Assembly: GCA_050250895.1 (NCBI GenBank)
Contig: JBFWNU010000007.1
Span: 224,001 to 288,000, forward strand
Origin: Vulcanimicrobiota bacterium
GTDB taxonomy: Bacteria; Vulcanimicrobiota; Xenobia; Xenobiales; JADMJV01
Length of the DNA: 64,000 nucleotides
Direction of reading: 5' to 3'
Shown here: positions 10,643-19,544 of the stretch, piece after piece
Position numbering within the stretch: the first letter of the stretch is position 1
Layout of the letters: the number at the start of each line of letters is the position of its first letter
Program-made: the position numbers and the translations under genes
The notes under the pieces: model-generated
What the model was told of the DNA's origin: nothing
Database searches by the model: none
Seen by the model: the letters and a program-made list of their open reading frames with translations, nothing else

Positions 10643-12286
10643 TTCGGCCGGAGTGTTGGCGATGATTTCGCGAACGATGTTCTGGAAGTGGGGGAAGATC
10701 TCGGGATCGAAGTGGCCATCGGCCATCTCTTCCATGATCGAGAGGGCCTTTTCAGGAGTAAATCCTTTGGCCTTCCCGTCGGCGCCGAGGCGATAGACAC
10801 GCGGAGTGGTCAGCGCGCTCCAGACGTCAGCCACGGTCATGATCCGAGCCAGCAGCGGGATATTGGTGCCACTCAGGCCGTCGGGATAGCCCTGGCCGTT
10901 CCACTTTTCGTGATGGGCCCGGACGATGGCCACCAGGTCGTCCATGCCAGGGAGGTCGCGGAAGAAGTCGGCCGAGCGGGCGGCGTGGGTCTTCATCTCG
11001 TCGAATTCGGCGTCGGTGAGCTTGCGGGGAGCGTTGAGAATCGCCTCATCGATGAAGATCTTGCCGACGTCGTGTAGCTCGGAGCCGATCCGCATATACT
11101 CCATCTGCTCGCGGTCGAGGCCCATTCGCTCGGAAATCTTCAGAGCCATGTCGCGCACGTCCATGGAGTGACGGTAGGTATAATTGTCTTTGAGGTCAAG
11201 GGCGATGACCATCATCCGCATGACGTTGAGCTGGGCTTCGGCTCGCAATTCACGGTATTTACGAACGTTCTTTTCGAGAGCGGCTACCACCCGGGGATTG
11301 TACAGTGTCCCCGAACCTGCCTGGATCTTCTCGAGAGCGGCCTGCTCGTTTTGATTGCGATAAGCCGGGGCCCGCTCCATCAAGAAGTCGTCGGCGACTT
11401 TCAAAATCTGGGCCTCGAGGGGCATCAGGCGAAAATCGGTCTTGCCCAGGTGGGCGATGAAGCTGACGAGTTCGTGAAGATTTTGATTTGGCTCGAGAAT
11501 GGTGACGGCGTCTTCGAAGATCTTGCCCATCTTGGCCTGTTCTTCGTCATTGAGTTCGCCGCCCGTGCGCTCGCGAACCACTAACTCGCGGGGCAAAGCG
11601 ACTTTGCCGATCTCGTGCAAGTAACCGGCAAACAGAATCTCTTCAGAAACCATTGGGCACAGCATTTTGCTCATCTCGCGGGCGAGTTGGCCAGTTTCTT
11701 TGCAATGCTCGACTTGCGATTGACCCCCGGCTGCCTCGTTGAGTTTCATCAACAGATCGAGATAGGAGTAGTCGAGCGCCAGCGAGCGGTTGGAGAGGAA
11801 CTTGCCACGGGCTTCCTGAGTGAAGCCGACCGCTTCTAGCAAAGACACTCGCTCTGAGATGAGGCGGTTCATCTTTTCGGCAAGCTCTGGGATGCGGCGC
11901 ATCAGCACGGTGAAGTCGTCGCGCATGAGCACCAGGGTGCTGACCTGGTTGACCGCTTTGACGGTGGCCGAACGAGGTTGATCGATGACCAGCGCCATCT
12001 CGCCAAAGCCTTCACCGGGGCCGAGCTCAGATAGCACCAACTCGGCTTCGGACTCGGGATCCTGGCGAATCACCCGCACATGGCCCGACCGGATAATGTA
12101 AAAACAGTCGCCCATTTCGCCCTCGGATACGATCACTTCGTCTGGCTTGAAGTTTTTGGCGATGAGCTTTTGGGCGATCGACTCGATAACGCTGGGCGTG
12201 AGCGAGTAGAACAGCGAATTCGAAGCAACAAATTCGGGGATGGTCGACTTCGGAGTCAGCGTGCTGTGGTCGGACATGATAGACAT
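10637..12286 (-). CDS. cNMP-binding domain + degenerate HD domain + HD-GYP phosphodiesterase
   Basis: FGEMAL...PRSATV; LHEIGK; LHDVGK; HHEKWNGQGYPDGL. Confidence 0.9.
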   Translation of the reverse strand: MSIMSDHSTLTPKSTIPEFVASNSLFYSLTPSVIESIAQKLIAKNFKPDEVIVSEGEMGDCFYIIRSGHVRVIRQDPESEAELVLSELGPGEGFGEMALVIDQPRSATVKAVNQVSTLVLMRDDFTVLMRRIPELAEKMNRLISERVSLLEAVGFTQEARGKFLSNRSLALDYSYLDLLMKLNEAAGGQSQVEHCKETGQLAREMSKMLCPMVSEEILFAGYLHEIGKVALPRELVVRERTGGELNDEEQAKMGKIFEDAVTILEPNQNLHELVSFIAHLGKTDFRLMPLEAQILKVADDFLMERAPAYRNQNEQAALEKIQAGSGTLYNPRVVAALEKNVRKYRELRAEAQLNVMRMMVIALDLKDNYTYRHSMDVRDMALKISERMGLDREQMEYMRIGSELHDVGKIFIDEAILNAPRKLTDAEFDEMKTHAARSADFFRDLPGMDDLVAIVRAHHEKWNGQGYPDGLSGTNIPLLARIMTVADVWSALTTPRVYRLGADGKAKGFTPEKALSIMEEMADGHFDPEIFPHFQNIVREIIANTPAES

Positions 12287-12289
12287 CGG

Positions 12290-14317
12290 CTAGGTATTTG
12301 ATCCCTCTCGGTTTATCACCTGTTCAACGAGCGGGTCGAGTTCAATCAGACCCTTCTTCTCCATTTCCCCATGCAGCACCGCGAAAACCTTAAGTGGCTC
12401 TTTTTTGCCCTTCACGAAGATGTCGTCGAGCTCTTCGAAGAGCGCTCCGTCGCCGGCCAGGCGGCGGGTGCTCTCGGTAACCAGCACCGGAGCGTTGTAT
12501 TCCTTGGATTTCCCCTGGACTCGGGCCGCAGCGTTGGTGGGGTCGCCGATGGCCACCAATTGCTTGCGGCGAGTCGTGCCCATAAAGCCAAAAGAGATAG
12601 GGCCAGTGCAGATTCCGATACCGGTTTCGGGAACGTGACGGCCGCTTTCAGCCCACACCTTCCGCATCGCCTCCAGCGTCACGATCATTTCGGCGCCAGC
12701 CAGGCAAGCGGCGGCGGCATGGTTGGGCTGGGACTCGGGCACCAACCCGAAGACCACCATTTGGGCGTCGCCCTGATAGTCGAAGACCAGCCCCCCACGG
12801 CGTTCGAAGATGTGGCCCACCGCTCCGAAGTAGTCGTTGAGCGTGTCCAATACCGTGACAGCGTCGAGCTGCTCGGCGAACGTGGTGTAGCTGCGCAAGT
12901 CACTAAAGAGGATCGTAAGTTCGCGGGCTTCGCCTCCCAGCTTGATTCCCTGAGCCAACAACTTGTCGGGCTCGACCACCGGGCAAACCTGCTGGATGAG
13001 GTCGAGAAATTCTTTGCGGTCGCGCTGAAAGTGGAGCACGGTGGCCACCAGTTGGACGAGAACGACGCCGGTGGCGGGCGCAAAATAAGGCAGCATTGTG
13101 CCGCCGGTCGCCCAGTTGGCGCCGGTATAGGCCACGTAGTTGCCGTAGCTCATGACGCCCAGAGTCAGTGCCGAGAAGGCGGCCCCCGAGCCATGGGAGG
13201 TGCTTCCATCGATCAGTGCCACCAGCAACGGCAGCCCGAGTAAGAGAAAGACCACCCCGCCCACTCCGATACGTCGGATCGGGTTCTTCATAAACAGATT
13301 GAGCAGCAGGTTGGTCTGAACCTCGGGCCCGCTCATCATGCCCAGGATGGTGTGGGTTCGGTCCGTGCCGGCCGTGGCCGAGACCCCGACCAGGGCGATG
13401 AAGTCAGAAGGGAAAGCGTCGTTCTCGGATACTTGGAGCAGGTCCGCCAGGCTGAGCACCGGGATGAGCTTCTTGAGGCTTTGAGCCTGACGGCTGTCGG
13501 TGCCGGCGATGTTGACCAATTCTGAGGTTCCCAGCTGGTCCGGCGACTCGGTCGGGACGTCGGCCGACATCCCCTCGGCGGCATAGTTGACGTTGAGGGA
13601 ATGAAGAGTCAGTTCATACTGTTTTCCGGGAAAGCGGGTATGGACTGGGTCGAGCTTGAGCGATTGCACCACCTGCTCGGGGGTTTGGTCGGTATAGTGG
13701 GCATAGGCCACGGTCATCAAGGAGTAATAGACCTGACCTTCACTCTCGACCCGAACCAGCACGTCGGCCGACTCAGGTGACCAGCTGTTGACAAAGCCAA
13801 GGCGTCCCTCGGCCCGGTTCGGGTCCATCAGTTCGGGTGGGGGCTGATGCTTCTCGAGATGGGTCCCTTCAAAGTCTAGAGCCATGCCGACCACCACTTT
13901 GGGGTCATTGAGGGTTTCGGTCAGGAGTCGATCTTGTTCGGGCTTGCCGCTGGGCTCGAGAAAGAGCAAGTCGAAGGCGATGGTTTTGGCGCCTGCCTGC
14001 TTGAGTTTGCGGGTTACTTCGGTATAGATGCCTCGAGGCAGGGGATAGGTTAGATTCAGCTGCTCCAGGCTGGCGTCGTCGACCAGCACCAACACGATCT
14101 TGTCAGCGAGTTCGGTCGGCACCTTCATGTCCTCTAGCCAGCGGCGGGCCCAGACCTCATAAAGCCGCTGGTCGAGGCGACCGAATACCTGGCCGGCCCG
14201 TTGGTTGACCTCACCCTGGTTGATGGCCAGCAGAATAACCCCCACCACGACAGCAACACCGACCAGGACGAGTCGGTGTTGCTTTTTGAGGCTATTCGTG
14301 AACAGTCGTCGCAGCAA
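12290..14317 (-). CDS. CHASE2-domain class III nucleotide cyclase
   Basis: IVLVLVDDASL, IAFDLLF and MSGPEVQ (CHASE2); three TM segments; ILFSDLRSYT, QGDA, GDPTNAAAR, VKGK. Confidence 0.9.
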   Translation of the reverse strand: MLRRLFTNSLKKQHRLVLVGVAVVVGVILLAINQGEVNQRAGQVFGRLDQRLYEVWARRWLEDMKVPTELADKIVLVLVDDASLEQLNLTYPLPRGIYTEVTRKLKQAGAKTIAFDLLFLEPSGKPEQDRLLTETLNDPKVVVGMALDFEGTHLEKHQPPPELMDPNRAEGRLGFVNSWSPESADVLVRVESEGQVYYSLMTVAYAHYTDQTPEQVVQSLKLDPVHTRFPGKQYELTLHSLNVNYAAEGMSADVPTESPDQLGTSELVNIAGTDSRQAQSLKKLIPVLSLADLLQVSENDAFPSDFIALVGVSATAGTDRTHTILGMMSGPEVQTNLLLNLFMKNPIRRIGVGGVVFLLLGLPLLVALIDGSTSHGSGAAFSALTLGVMSYGNYVAYTGANWATGGTMLPYFAPATGVVLVQLVATVLHFQRDRKEFLDLIQQVCPVVEPDKLLAQGIKLGGEARELTILFSDLRSYTTFAEQLDAVTVLDTLNDYFGAVGHIFERRGGLVFDYQGDAQMVVFGLVPESQPNHAAAACLAGAEMIVTLEAMRKVWAESGRHVPETGIGICTGPISFGFMGTTRRKQLVAIGDPTNAAARVQGKSKEYNAPVLVTESTRRLAGDGALFEELDDIFVKGKKEPLKVFAVLHGEMEKKGLIELDPLVEQVINREGSNT

Positions 14318-14332
14318 TGCCGCGCCTTCTGT

Positions 14333-15232
14333 TTAGTTGTTCGGGCCGATCGGCAGGGCCCTGGGCGAAGGGGGAGAGTAGGGAGACGAACTTCCACCCG
14401 GGATGTTGATCAGGACCTCGACGGTGCCGGTCTGGCCGCTGCCGTTAGGCAGCAGGATCTGGTCTTGCCCCTGGACCAGGGTCGAGTTGACCTCGTTGTG
14501 AAAGAACACGTAGGTGCCCTTCTCGGTGGTCTTCTCGTCAGGCTCGGGGGTCAACTCGGCCGGGATCAGACCATCGTTAGGAGATGGCATGACGGTGACG
14601 CCAGAGTTGCCGATGATGGCGCGCTCGCCGGGCATCAGGATGGTGGGGGGCGAGTTGCCGGTTTGCACACCCACGGTGCCTTCGAACACCTGGCAGATGG
14701 TCTGGGGACCGCCTTGAGCGAGTCCTTCTTCGAAGCCAGGCAGAACGGCCACGGGACCAAGTTTAGCGGCCGTGTCGTCGGTGAGGCCGGTCGGACTGTA
14801 GAGCACTACGTAGTCGGTGCCGCGAGCAGCCAGTACGGCGTTGGGCGTTTGCACTTCAAAGTTGCGCTCGCCGCGCAAGAAGCGCGACAGGCGGGCCCGG
14901 ATGCCACCCTTCTGGTCAGACATCTTGACCCGCATGCGGCCGGTGCGAACATCGAACTCGGTTAGGGTAATGTCGGTCTCGGGACCCATCGCGATAACCG
15001 CGCCGTCGCTGGTCTTCACCTGACCGATCGAGTCTTTGAGCGTGCGAATACGGTCCTGGCCGTCGCGCAGCAGACGATTCGACCAAACGGTGATCCAGCT
15101 GTCAGAATTGGCAAACTTGGTTTGCACTTGACCCTTCACTTTGATGACCAGTTTCCACTCGTCGGCGGCCTGGCCGGCGGTCGCGAAGACCGTAGCTAAT
15201 AGTAAAGCAGCGCATAGAAAGGTTTTTCGCAC
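14333..15232 (-). CDS. Secreted FecR-domain protein
   Basis: Signal peptide; DRIRT; FEVQTPNAVLAARGTDY; VFEGTVGV. Confidence 0.85.
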   Translation of the reverse strand: MRKTFLCAALLLATVFATAGQAADEWKLVIKVKGQVQTKFANSDSWITVWSNRLLRDGQDRIRTLKDSIGQVKTSDGAVIAMGPETDITLTEFDVRTGRMRVKMSDQKGGIRARLSRFLRGERNFEVQTPNAVLAARGTDYVVLYSPTGLTDDTAAKLGPVAVLPGFEEGLAQGGPQTICQVFEGTVGVQTGNSPPTILMPGERAIIGNSGVTVMPSPNDGLIPAELTPEPDEKTTEKGTYVFFHNEVNSTLVQGQDQILLPNGSGQTGTVEVLINIPGGSSSPYSPPSPRALPIGPNN

Positions 15233-15358
15233 TGTCAGACTCCCCTCGCAAGCGGCGTGAAACCGCAGTTTGATCGGTATACGGCAGTTGGCCGGAGTGT
15301 TCCTTTTTGGGAGGGGACAAACGTGGCGCTCCAGCGTTAAGAAAAGAGGCCTGAAATG

Positions 15359-15388
15359 CGGAAAGGACCTTTCGGTCCCTTCCTTTTC
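15359..15388. terminator. Probable intrinsic terminator downstream of lexA
   Basis: GGACC-TTTC-GGTCC hairpin with flanking purine/pyrimidine extensions. Confidence 0.5.
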
Positions 15389-15397
15389 AATATCGCT

Positions 15398-15985
15398 TTA
15401 GCCGTTGGGGAGTTTGCGAATCACTCCGACCACCCGTCCCAATATGCGGGGGTCTCGCTCTCCAGCCGGGGGGCGATTTCCATTCGAGTCTATCCTTTGT
15501 AGGATGACCGATTCTCCGTCGCGACGCAGGACCATATCCCCCTCCGCAATTTCCAGGTTGCGGTTGACGATTACCAGATCGCCAGGAACGATGGCCTCCT
15601 GTCTATATGTTTCTTCGACAGGGAAGAGGAAAGACTCTTTGCTGCCCGCTAGTTCGAGTGGCAAAGAGATGGTTTTTTGGGGAGAATGATTCTCCCCAGC
15701 AGTGGGTGCCCCCACTGGCAGGTCCACAAGACGCGCCCTTGAGCCCTTAGGCCCGTCCAGAAGCTCAATGCTTCTGGGCTTGGACGGGTTTCTGCGTAAG
15801 TACCCTTTGGTCTCGAGACTTCGTAAGTGACTGTGAACAGTTGAACTTGACGAAAGCCCCACCGCTTCGCCGATCTCTCGAATCGAAGGCGGAAAACCTC
15901 TGGCCTCCACGGATTCGCGTATGAACTCCAGGATCTGCTGTTGCCTTCGGCTTAAGCGAGATTTACTCTGAGTAGATCCTGGCAT
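15398..15985 (-). CDS. lexA: LexA-family repressor with degenerate S24 peptidase domain
   Basis: RQQQIL, GFPPSIREIGEAVGLSSSSTVHSHL, PRSIE, ILGRVVGVIR; SD AGGAGG. Confidence 0.85.
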   Translation of the reverse strand: MPGSTQSKSRLSRRQQQILEFIRESVEARGFPPSIREIGEAVGLSSSSTVHSHLRSLETKGYLRRNPSKPRSIELLDGPKGSRARLVDLPVGAPTAGENHSPQKTISLPLELAGSKESFLFPVEETYRQEAIVPGDLVIVNRNLEIAEGDMVLRRDGESVILQRIDSNGNRPPAGERDPRILGRVVGVIRKLPNG

Positions 15986-16026
15986 TACGCAGTTATCCTC
16001 CTGTGATAATGGGCTGCAGTTCCCGA

Positions 16027-16056
16027 AGTATATCATGGTGACCTGCCGCCACGCAA
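16027..16056 (-). promoter_or_regulatory. Sigma70-type promoter of lexA
   Basis: Minus strand TTGCGT-N18-TATACT with extended -10 TG. Confidence 0.55.
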
Positions 16057-16232
16057 CGAAAAAAATGGGCGAAAATCCGTTCCTTTTTTGGCTTCGACGT
16101 TACCTAAAGAGTGTCTTTTTATACTGATAGTTAGCAGGTAGGGGCGGATCGGTGCGGCCCGGAAAGCCTCCTATAAGGGCATAGTAAGGGGGTTGTGGTA
16201 ACGTATTGGTCGGAAAAAAAATACCGTTGGTA

Positions 16233-17045
16233 TTATCGCGTTTTTTTGCCGCGCTTCTTGCCTGTGCCAGACTCGCGGTGCTGGCTGAGGGCCTCCCGCA
16301 TGGTGTCCAGTGAGCGGGCCTGCAGGCGCGAGACATGCATCTGCGAGATGTTGAGAACCCGGGCAACCTCACTTTGAGAGCGGTTCTCGAAAAAGCGTAG
16401 GTACATCAGCAAGCGCTCCCGGGGCGGTAGGCAAGAGAAGGCTCGATGGAGAGCGAGGCGGTCCTCGACTTGCTCGAGCTGGAAGTCGGAGCGACCCAGA
16501 TAGTCAAGCAGGCTCGAGGTTTTACGGCTATCGTCGGCGTCGAGTTCGCTGTCGATTGACAAAAGGTTGTAGGACTGGCCCAACTCCTGGGCCTCGAGCA
16601 CGTCTTCGGCGGTGACGTCGAGCTTCTTGGCGATCTCGTCGGCGGTAGGCACTCTGCCCAGCGACGAGGTAAGCTCTTCCGTGGTTTTGGCTACCGACGC
16701 ATTGAACTCTTGCAGGCGACGGGGAACCTTGATGGCCCAGCCCTTATCCCGAAAGTGGCGCTTGATTTCCCCAACGATAGTGGGGGTCGCGTAGGTGGTG
16801 AACTCGGTCCCGCGGTCGGGATCGAACCGCTCGATGGCCTTGATCAAGCCAAGGCAGCCCACCTGGATGAGGTCTTCGAGGTTCTCGCCTCGATTGCCAA
16901 ACTTGCCCGCCAGATAGCGAACCAGGTTGAGATGCTGGGTTACCAGTTCGTCTTTGACGGCGGGGTCGCGATGGCGGGAATACTCGGCCAGCAGGCGCCG
17001 GGCACGCTCTCGGTCCCAGCGACCTCCGCTGCTATTCTCAGCCAT
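16233..17045 (-). CDS. SigB/SigF/SigG family RNA polymerase sigma factor
   Basis: EDLIQVGCLGLIKAIERFD, YATPTIVGEIKRHFRD, SQMHVSRL. Confidence 0.95.
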   Translation of the reverse strand: MAENSSGGRWDRERARRLLAEYSRHRDPAVKDELVTQHLNLVRYLAGKFGNRGENLEDLIQVGCLGLIKAIERFDPDRGTEFTTYATPTIVGEIKRHFRDKGWAIKVPRRLQEFNASVAKTTEELTSSLGRVPTADEIAKKLDVTAEDVLEAQELGQSYNLLSIDSELDADDSRKTSSLLDYLGRSDFQLEQVEDRLALHRAFSCLPPRERLLMYLRFFENRSQSEVARVLNISQMHVSRLQARSLDTMREALSQHRESGTGKKRGKKTR

Positions 17046-17430
17046 TGTCATTCCTATGGAAATACTTGACCATGCGGAGGCCGATGGCCGAATCGAGTTC
17101 GCTCACTTCATCCATCAGGGCATGAATGAGGAATAAGCCGATCTCGGACCATTCGGCTTCGCCCGAGGCCTCGGTCACCGTCTCGCAATGGACAGTGACC
17201 ACTAGCGACTCGACGCCAATGGACCAGTCGACACAGATCGGCGATTCAGGACCCGCTCGCTCGAGAAGACGAGCGCAGGCTTCGGTGACCGCCAACTTGA
17301 GGTCGTCTGCCTCTTCGACATTGAGTTCAAGGCGGTGGGCGATGCCTGCGGCCGCCAGCCGCACGACCCCCACATACTCGGGCTGGCTGGGAATAGAAAG
17401 CCGTATTTCCGAAGTTTGAGAGTCGTTCAC
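17038..17430 (-). CDS. RsbW-like anti-sigma factor (degenerate HATPase)
   Basis: IPSQPEYVGVVRL, DLKLAVTEAC, GLFLIHALMDEV; lies between the STAS and sigma genes. Confidence 0.85.
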   Translation of the reverse strand: MNDSQTSEIRLSIPSQPEYVGVVRLAAAGIAHRLELNVEEADDLKLAVTEACARLLERAGPESPICVDWSIGVESLVVTVHCETVTEASGEAEWSEIGLFLIHALMDEVSELDSAIGLRMVKYFHRNDNG

Positions 17431-17435
17431 AGAGC

Positions 17436-17789
17436 CTAGCCGGCCGGGGCCAGAACTTTGACGGCCTCTTCTTCGTCTTTGAAGATCTCAAAGATCTTGA
17501 CGAGGCCGGTAATGTTGAAAATCCGCTCGATCTGGCGGTTGGTGCAGATCAGCAGGATCCGACCGCTGTGCTCGCGGACTTTCTTCAGTGCGCCGATCAA
17601 CACGCCCAAGCCGGTGCTGTCGATGTAGCGAACGCCTTCGAGGTTGATCACCAGATGGTAGTGACCTTTCTCGATCAGTTCGTTGATGGTCTCTTTCACC
17701 CGGGGCGAGGTGTAGACGTCGATCTCACCCTGGACCTCAACGGCCTGAGCGTTGCCAGCGATCTCACGGGTGTTCACTTTGATGTCCAA
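17436..17789 (-). CDS. RsbV/SpoIIAA-like anti-anti-sigma factor (STAS)
   Basis: GEIDVYT, YIDSTGLG, IFNITGL; SD GGAGG. Confidence 0.93.
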   Translation of the reverse strand: MDIKVNTREIAGNAQAVEVQGEIDVYTSPRVKETINELIEKGHYHLVINLEGVRYIDSTGLGVLIGALKKVREHSGRILLICTNRQIERIFNITGLVKIFEIFKDEEEAVKVLAPAG

Positions 17790-17841
17790 AATGTTCCTCC
17801 AGTATGTAGGTAAGCAGGGTGCCTTCAGGCCTTAAATAGGA

Positions 17842-17869
17842 GAAAAAAGGGAGGATCCCTTTCTTCTCT
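17842..17869 (-). terminator. Probable intrinsic terminator after ytxH-like gene
   Basis: Minus strand AAAGGGA-TCC-TCCCTTTTTT. Confidence 0.45.
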
Positions 17870-17894
17870 TTTGGAGTTAGTGGAGTCTTCCGAC

Positions 17895-18185
17895 TTAGCT
17901 GGATTCAGCCTCGTCGCGTTCCGCCTCTGACTCCGAGTCGGTCGCCACGCGATCGCGCTTCTGGTCATACATGGCCTTCCCGCGCTCGAGCAGTTCTTCG
18001 TAGTCTTCTTTGAGATCCTGAGCGAAGTCGGATGCTCGTTCTTTGTAGTCTTTGGCCTTGTCACGAATCATCTCGCGAGTTTGGTCACCCGACTGTGGGG
18101 CTAGAATAATCGCGACCGATGCGCCGACCAGGCTACCGACCAGGAGACCGAAAAGAAATCCGAGTCCTTCTCTGCGATTGTCCAT
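17895..18185 (-). CDS. YtxH-domain protein
   Basis: GFLFGLLVGSLVGASVAIILAPQSG..TR motif followed by an amphipathic helix. Confidence 0.88.
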   Translation of the reverse strand: MDNRREGLGFLFGLLVGSLVGASVAIILAPQSGDQTREMIRDKAKDYKERASDFAQDLKEDYEELLERGKAMYDQKRDRVATDSESEAERDEAESS

Positions 18186-18296
18186 TTTTGCACCCCCTTT
18201 CATGAGCCTGAACCGGTAAGAGAGTGAAGCAAACGCCCATCTCTAGCGGCCGCTACGGCTTCGACTGCGGTGGGTTGATTCCTTCTCGCCCGCTAC

Positions 18297-19544
18297 CTAC
18301 TCGCCTCGTAGGGCCACGGCTGGATTCAGTCGCGCCGCTGCTCGAGCTGGCCATAGCCCCGAGGCCAGGCTGATTCCCAGGCTAAAGCCAAGTCCCAAGA
18401 GCAGGGCCGGTAGCGAGACGGCAAAGATGGTCTGATCTCCAAGCAAGCCCTGAGGTAGCCAGGAGGTGGCCAGAAGGTTGACCGCCCAGCCCAAAAAGCA
18501 ACCGGCCACCATCCCCACCATTCCACCCGCCAGGCCTAAAGCTGCTGCCCGTCCCAGGTAGATGACCAGGATGTCCGAGCGGGTGGCGCCCAGGGCACGA
18601 TAGAGACCGATGAAGGGTGACTCTTCCCGCACTTGCAGGCTCAATCCTGAGGAGAGCCCCACTCCGGCCACCACCAGGATGGATAGACAGAAGAGCAACA
18701 CCGCCAACCTTGCATAGACCAGAGCCTCGGAAATTTTCTGGGCCGTCTCGAAGCCCGGGGTTTTCAGCCCCAGCTCGTGCACGGCCAACACCACCTCGCC
18801 CATCCGCTCGGGGGGGTCGACCCGCAGAGTCAGCGAGTGAATCTGTGGCTCTTTGGTGGTCCATTCGCGCAGATTCTCCAGGGGCACCGCGGGGCCGCCC
18901 ACCCCGATCTGGTCGCTCACGCCCACGATCACGCAGCGACGCTCCAGGAAAGGTCCGGGGTTGAAGCTGGAGGTCCCGAGCCGGAGCGTGAAGTGCCGTC
19001 CTAACACGGCTTCGGGACTCAAGTTGGGTAACTTGGTGTTGACCGAGATCCCGGCGTTGACGATGTCGAGCACCGCTCGCGGGACCACGGCCGGTACCGC
19101 CTCCTCAGGGCCCACCGGCTCGAACGAGCGCCCCTGGGCAAGTTCGGGGGCGACTTGACCGGGGTCGACGCCTTCTAAGACCAGATCGGTGACCAGGCGC
19201 TGGCCGCCATATTCGGCAAAGAGTTGGCACGGCTCGGGAAAGCGCGCCTGCCGAAAGACCTCGACCACGCCTGGAATGGCTTCCAGCTTGGCGATGGTCT
19301 CGGGGCCCATCTGATTGGACAGGGCCACCGGTCCCATGGTGAAAGCCGACATCTGAACCCGCACCCGGTCGGGCAGGCTGCCCAGCACCCTCTCTCTGAT
19401 CAACACTTCGCTCTGGGCGGCCAGGCCCAGGAGAAGGACGAGGCAGGCCACCCCGAGCGCCAGCCCGGCGGCCAGTGGCCAGGCTCGCCAGGGCGAGGCT
19501 CCCGCTTCACCCAATCCTAGTCTTAGCAGGCGCCACAGCTTCAT
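18297..19544 (-). CDS. ABC transporter permease (MacB/FtsX family)
   Basis: IGLYRALGA and GLWPARAAARLNP; 1+3 TM layout. Confidence 0.88.
   Translation of the reverse strand: MKLWRLLRLGLGEAGASPWRAWPLAAGLALGVACLVLLLGLAAQSEVLIRERVLGSLPDRVRVQMSAFTMGPVALSNQMGPETIAKLEAIPGVVEVFRQARFPEPCQLFAEYGGQRLVTDLVLEGVDPGQVAPELAQGRSFEPVGPEEAVPAVVPRAVLDIVNAGISVNTKLPNLSPEAVLGRHFTLRLGTSSFNPGPFLERRCVIVGVSDQIGVGGPAVPLENLREWTTKEPQIHSLTLRVDPPERMGEVVLAVHELGLKTPGFETAQKISEALVYARLAVLLFCLSILVVAGVGLSSGLSLQVREESPFIGLYRALGATRSDILVIYLGRAAALGLAGGMVGMVAGCFLGWAVNLLATSWLPQGLLGDQTIFAVSLPALLLGLGFSLGISLASGLWPARAAARLNPAVALRGE

Noticed and set aside
10637-14317. Pycsar/CBASS anti-phage system
   Set aside because: The cyclase has a CHASE2 sensor and the cNMP partner is an HD-GYP, not a TIR or pore effector; the context is not a defence island.
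15986-16232. SOS box upstream of lexA
   Set aside because: No convincing GAAC-N4-GTTC, CTGT-N8-ACAG or GTTC-N7-GTTC site; only short repeats (AACTGC twice, GGTAACGT/ACGTTACC) too weak to call.
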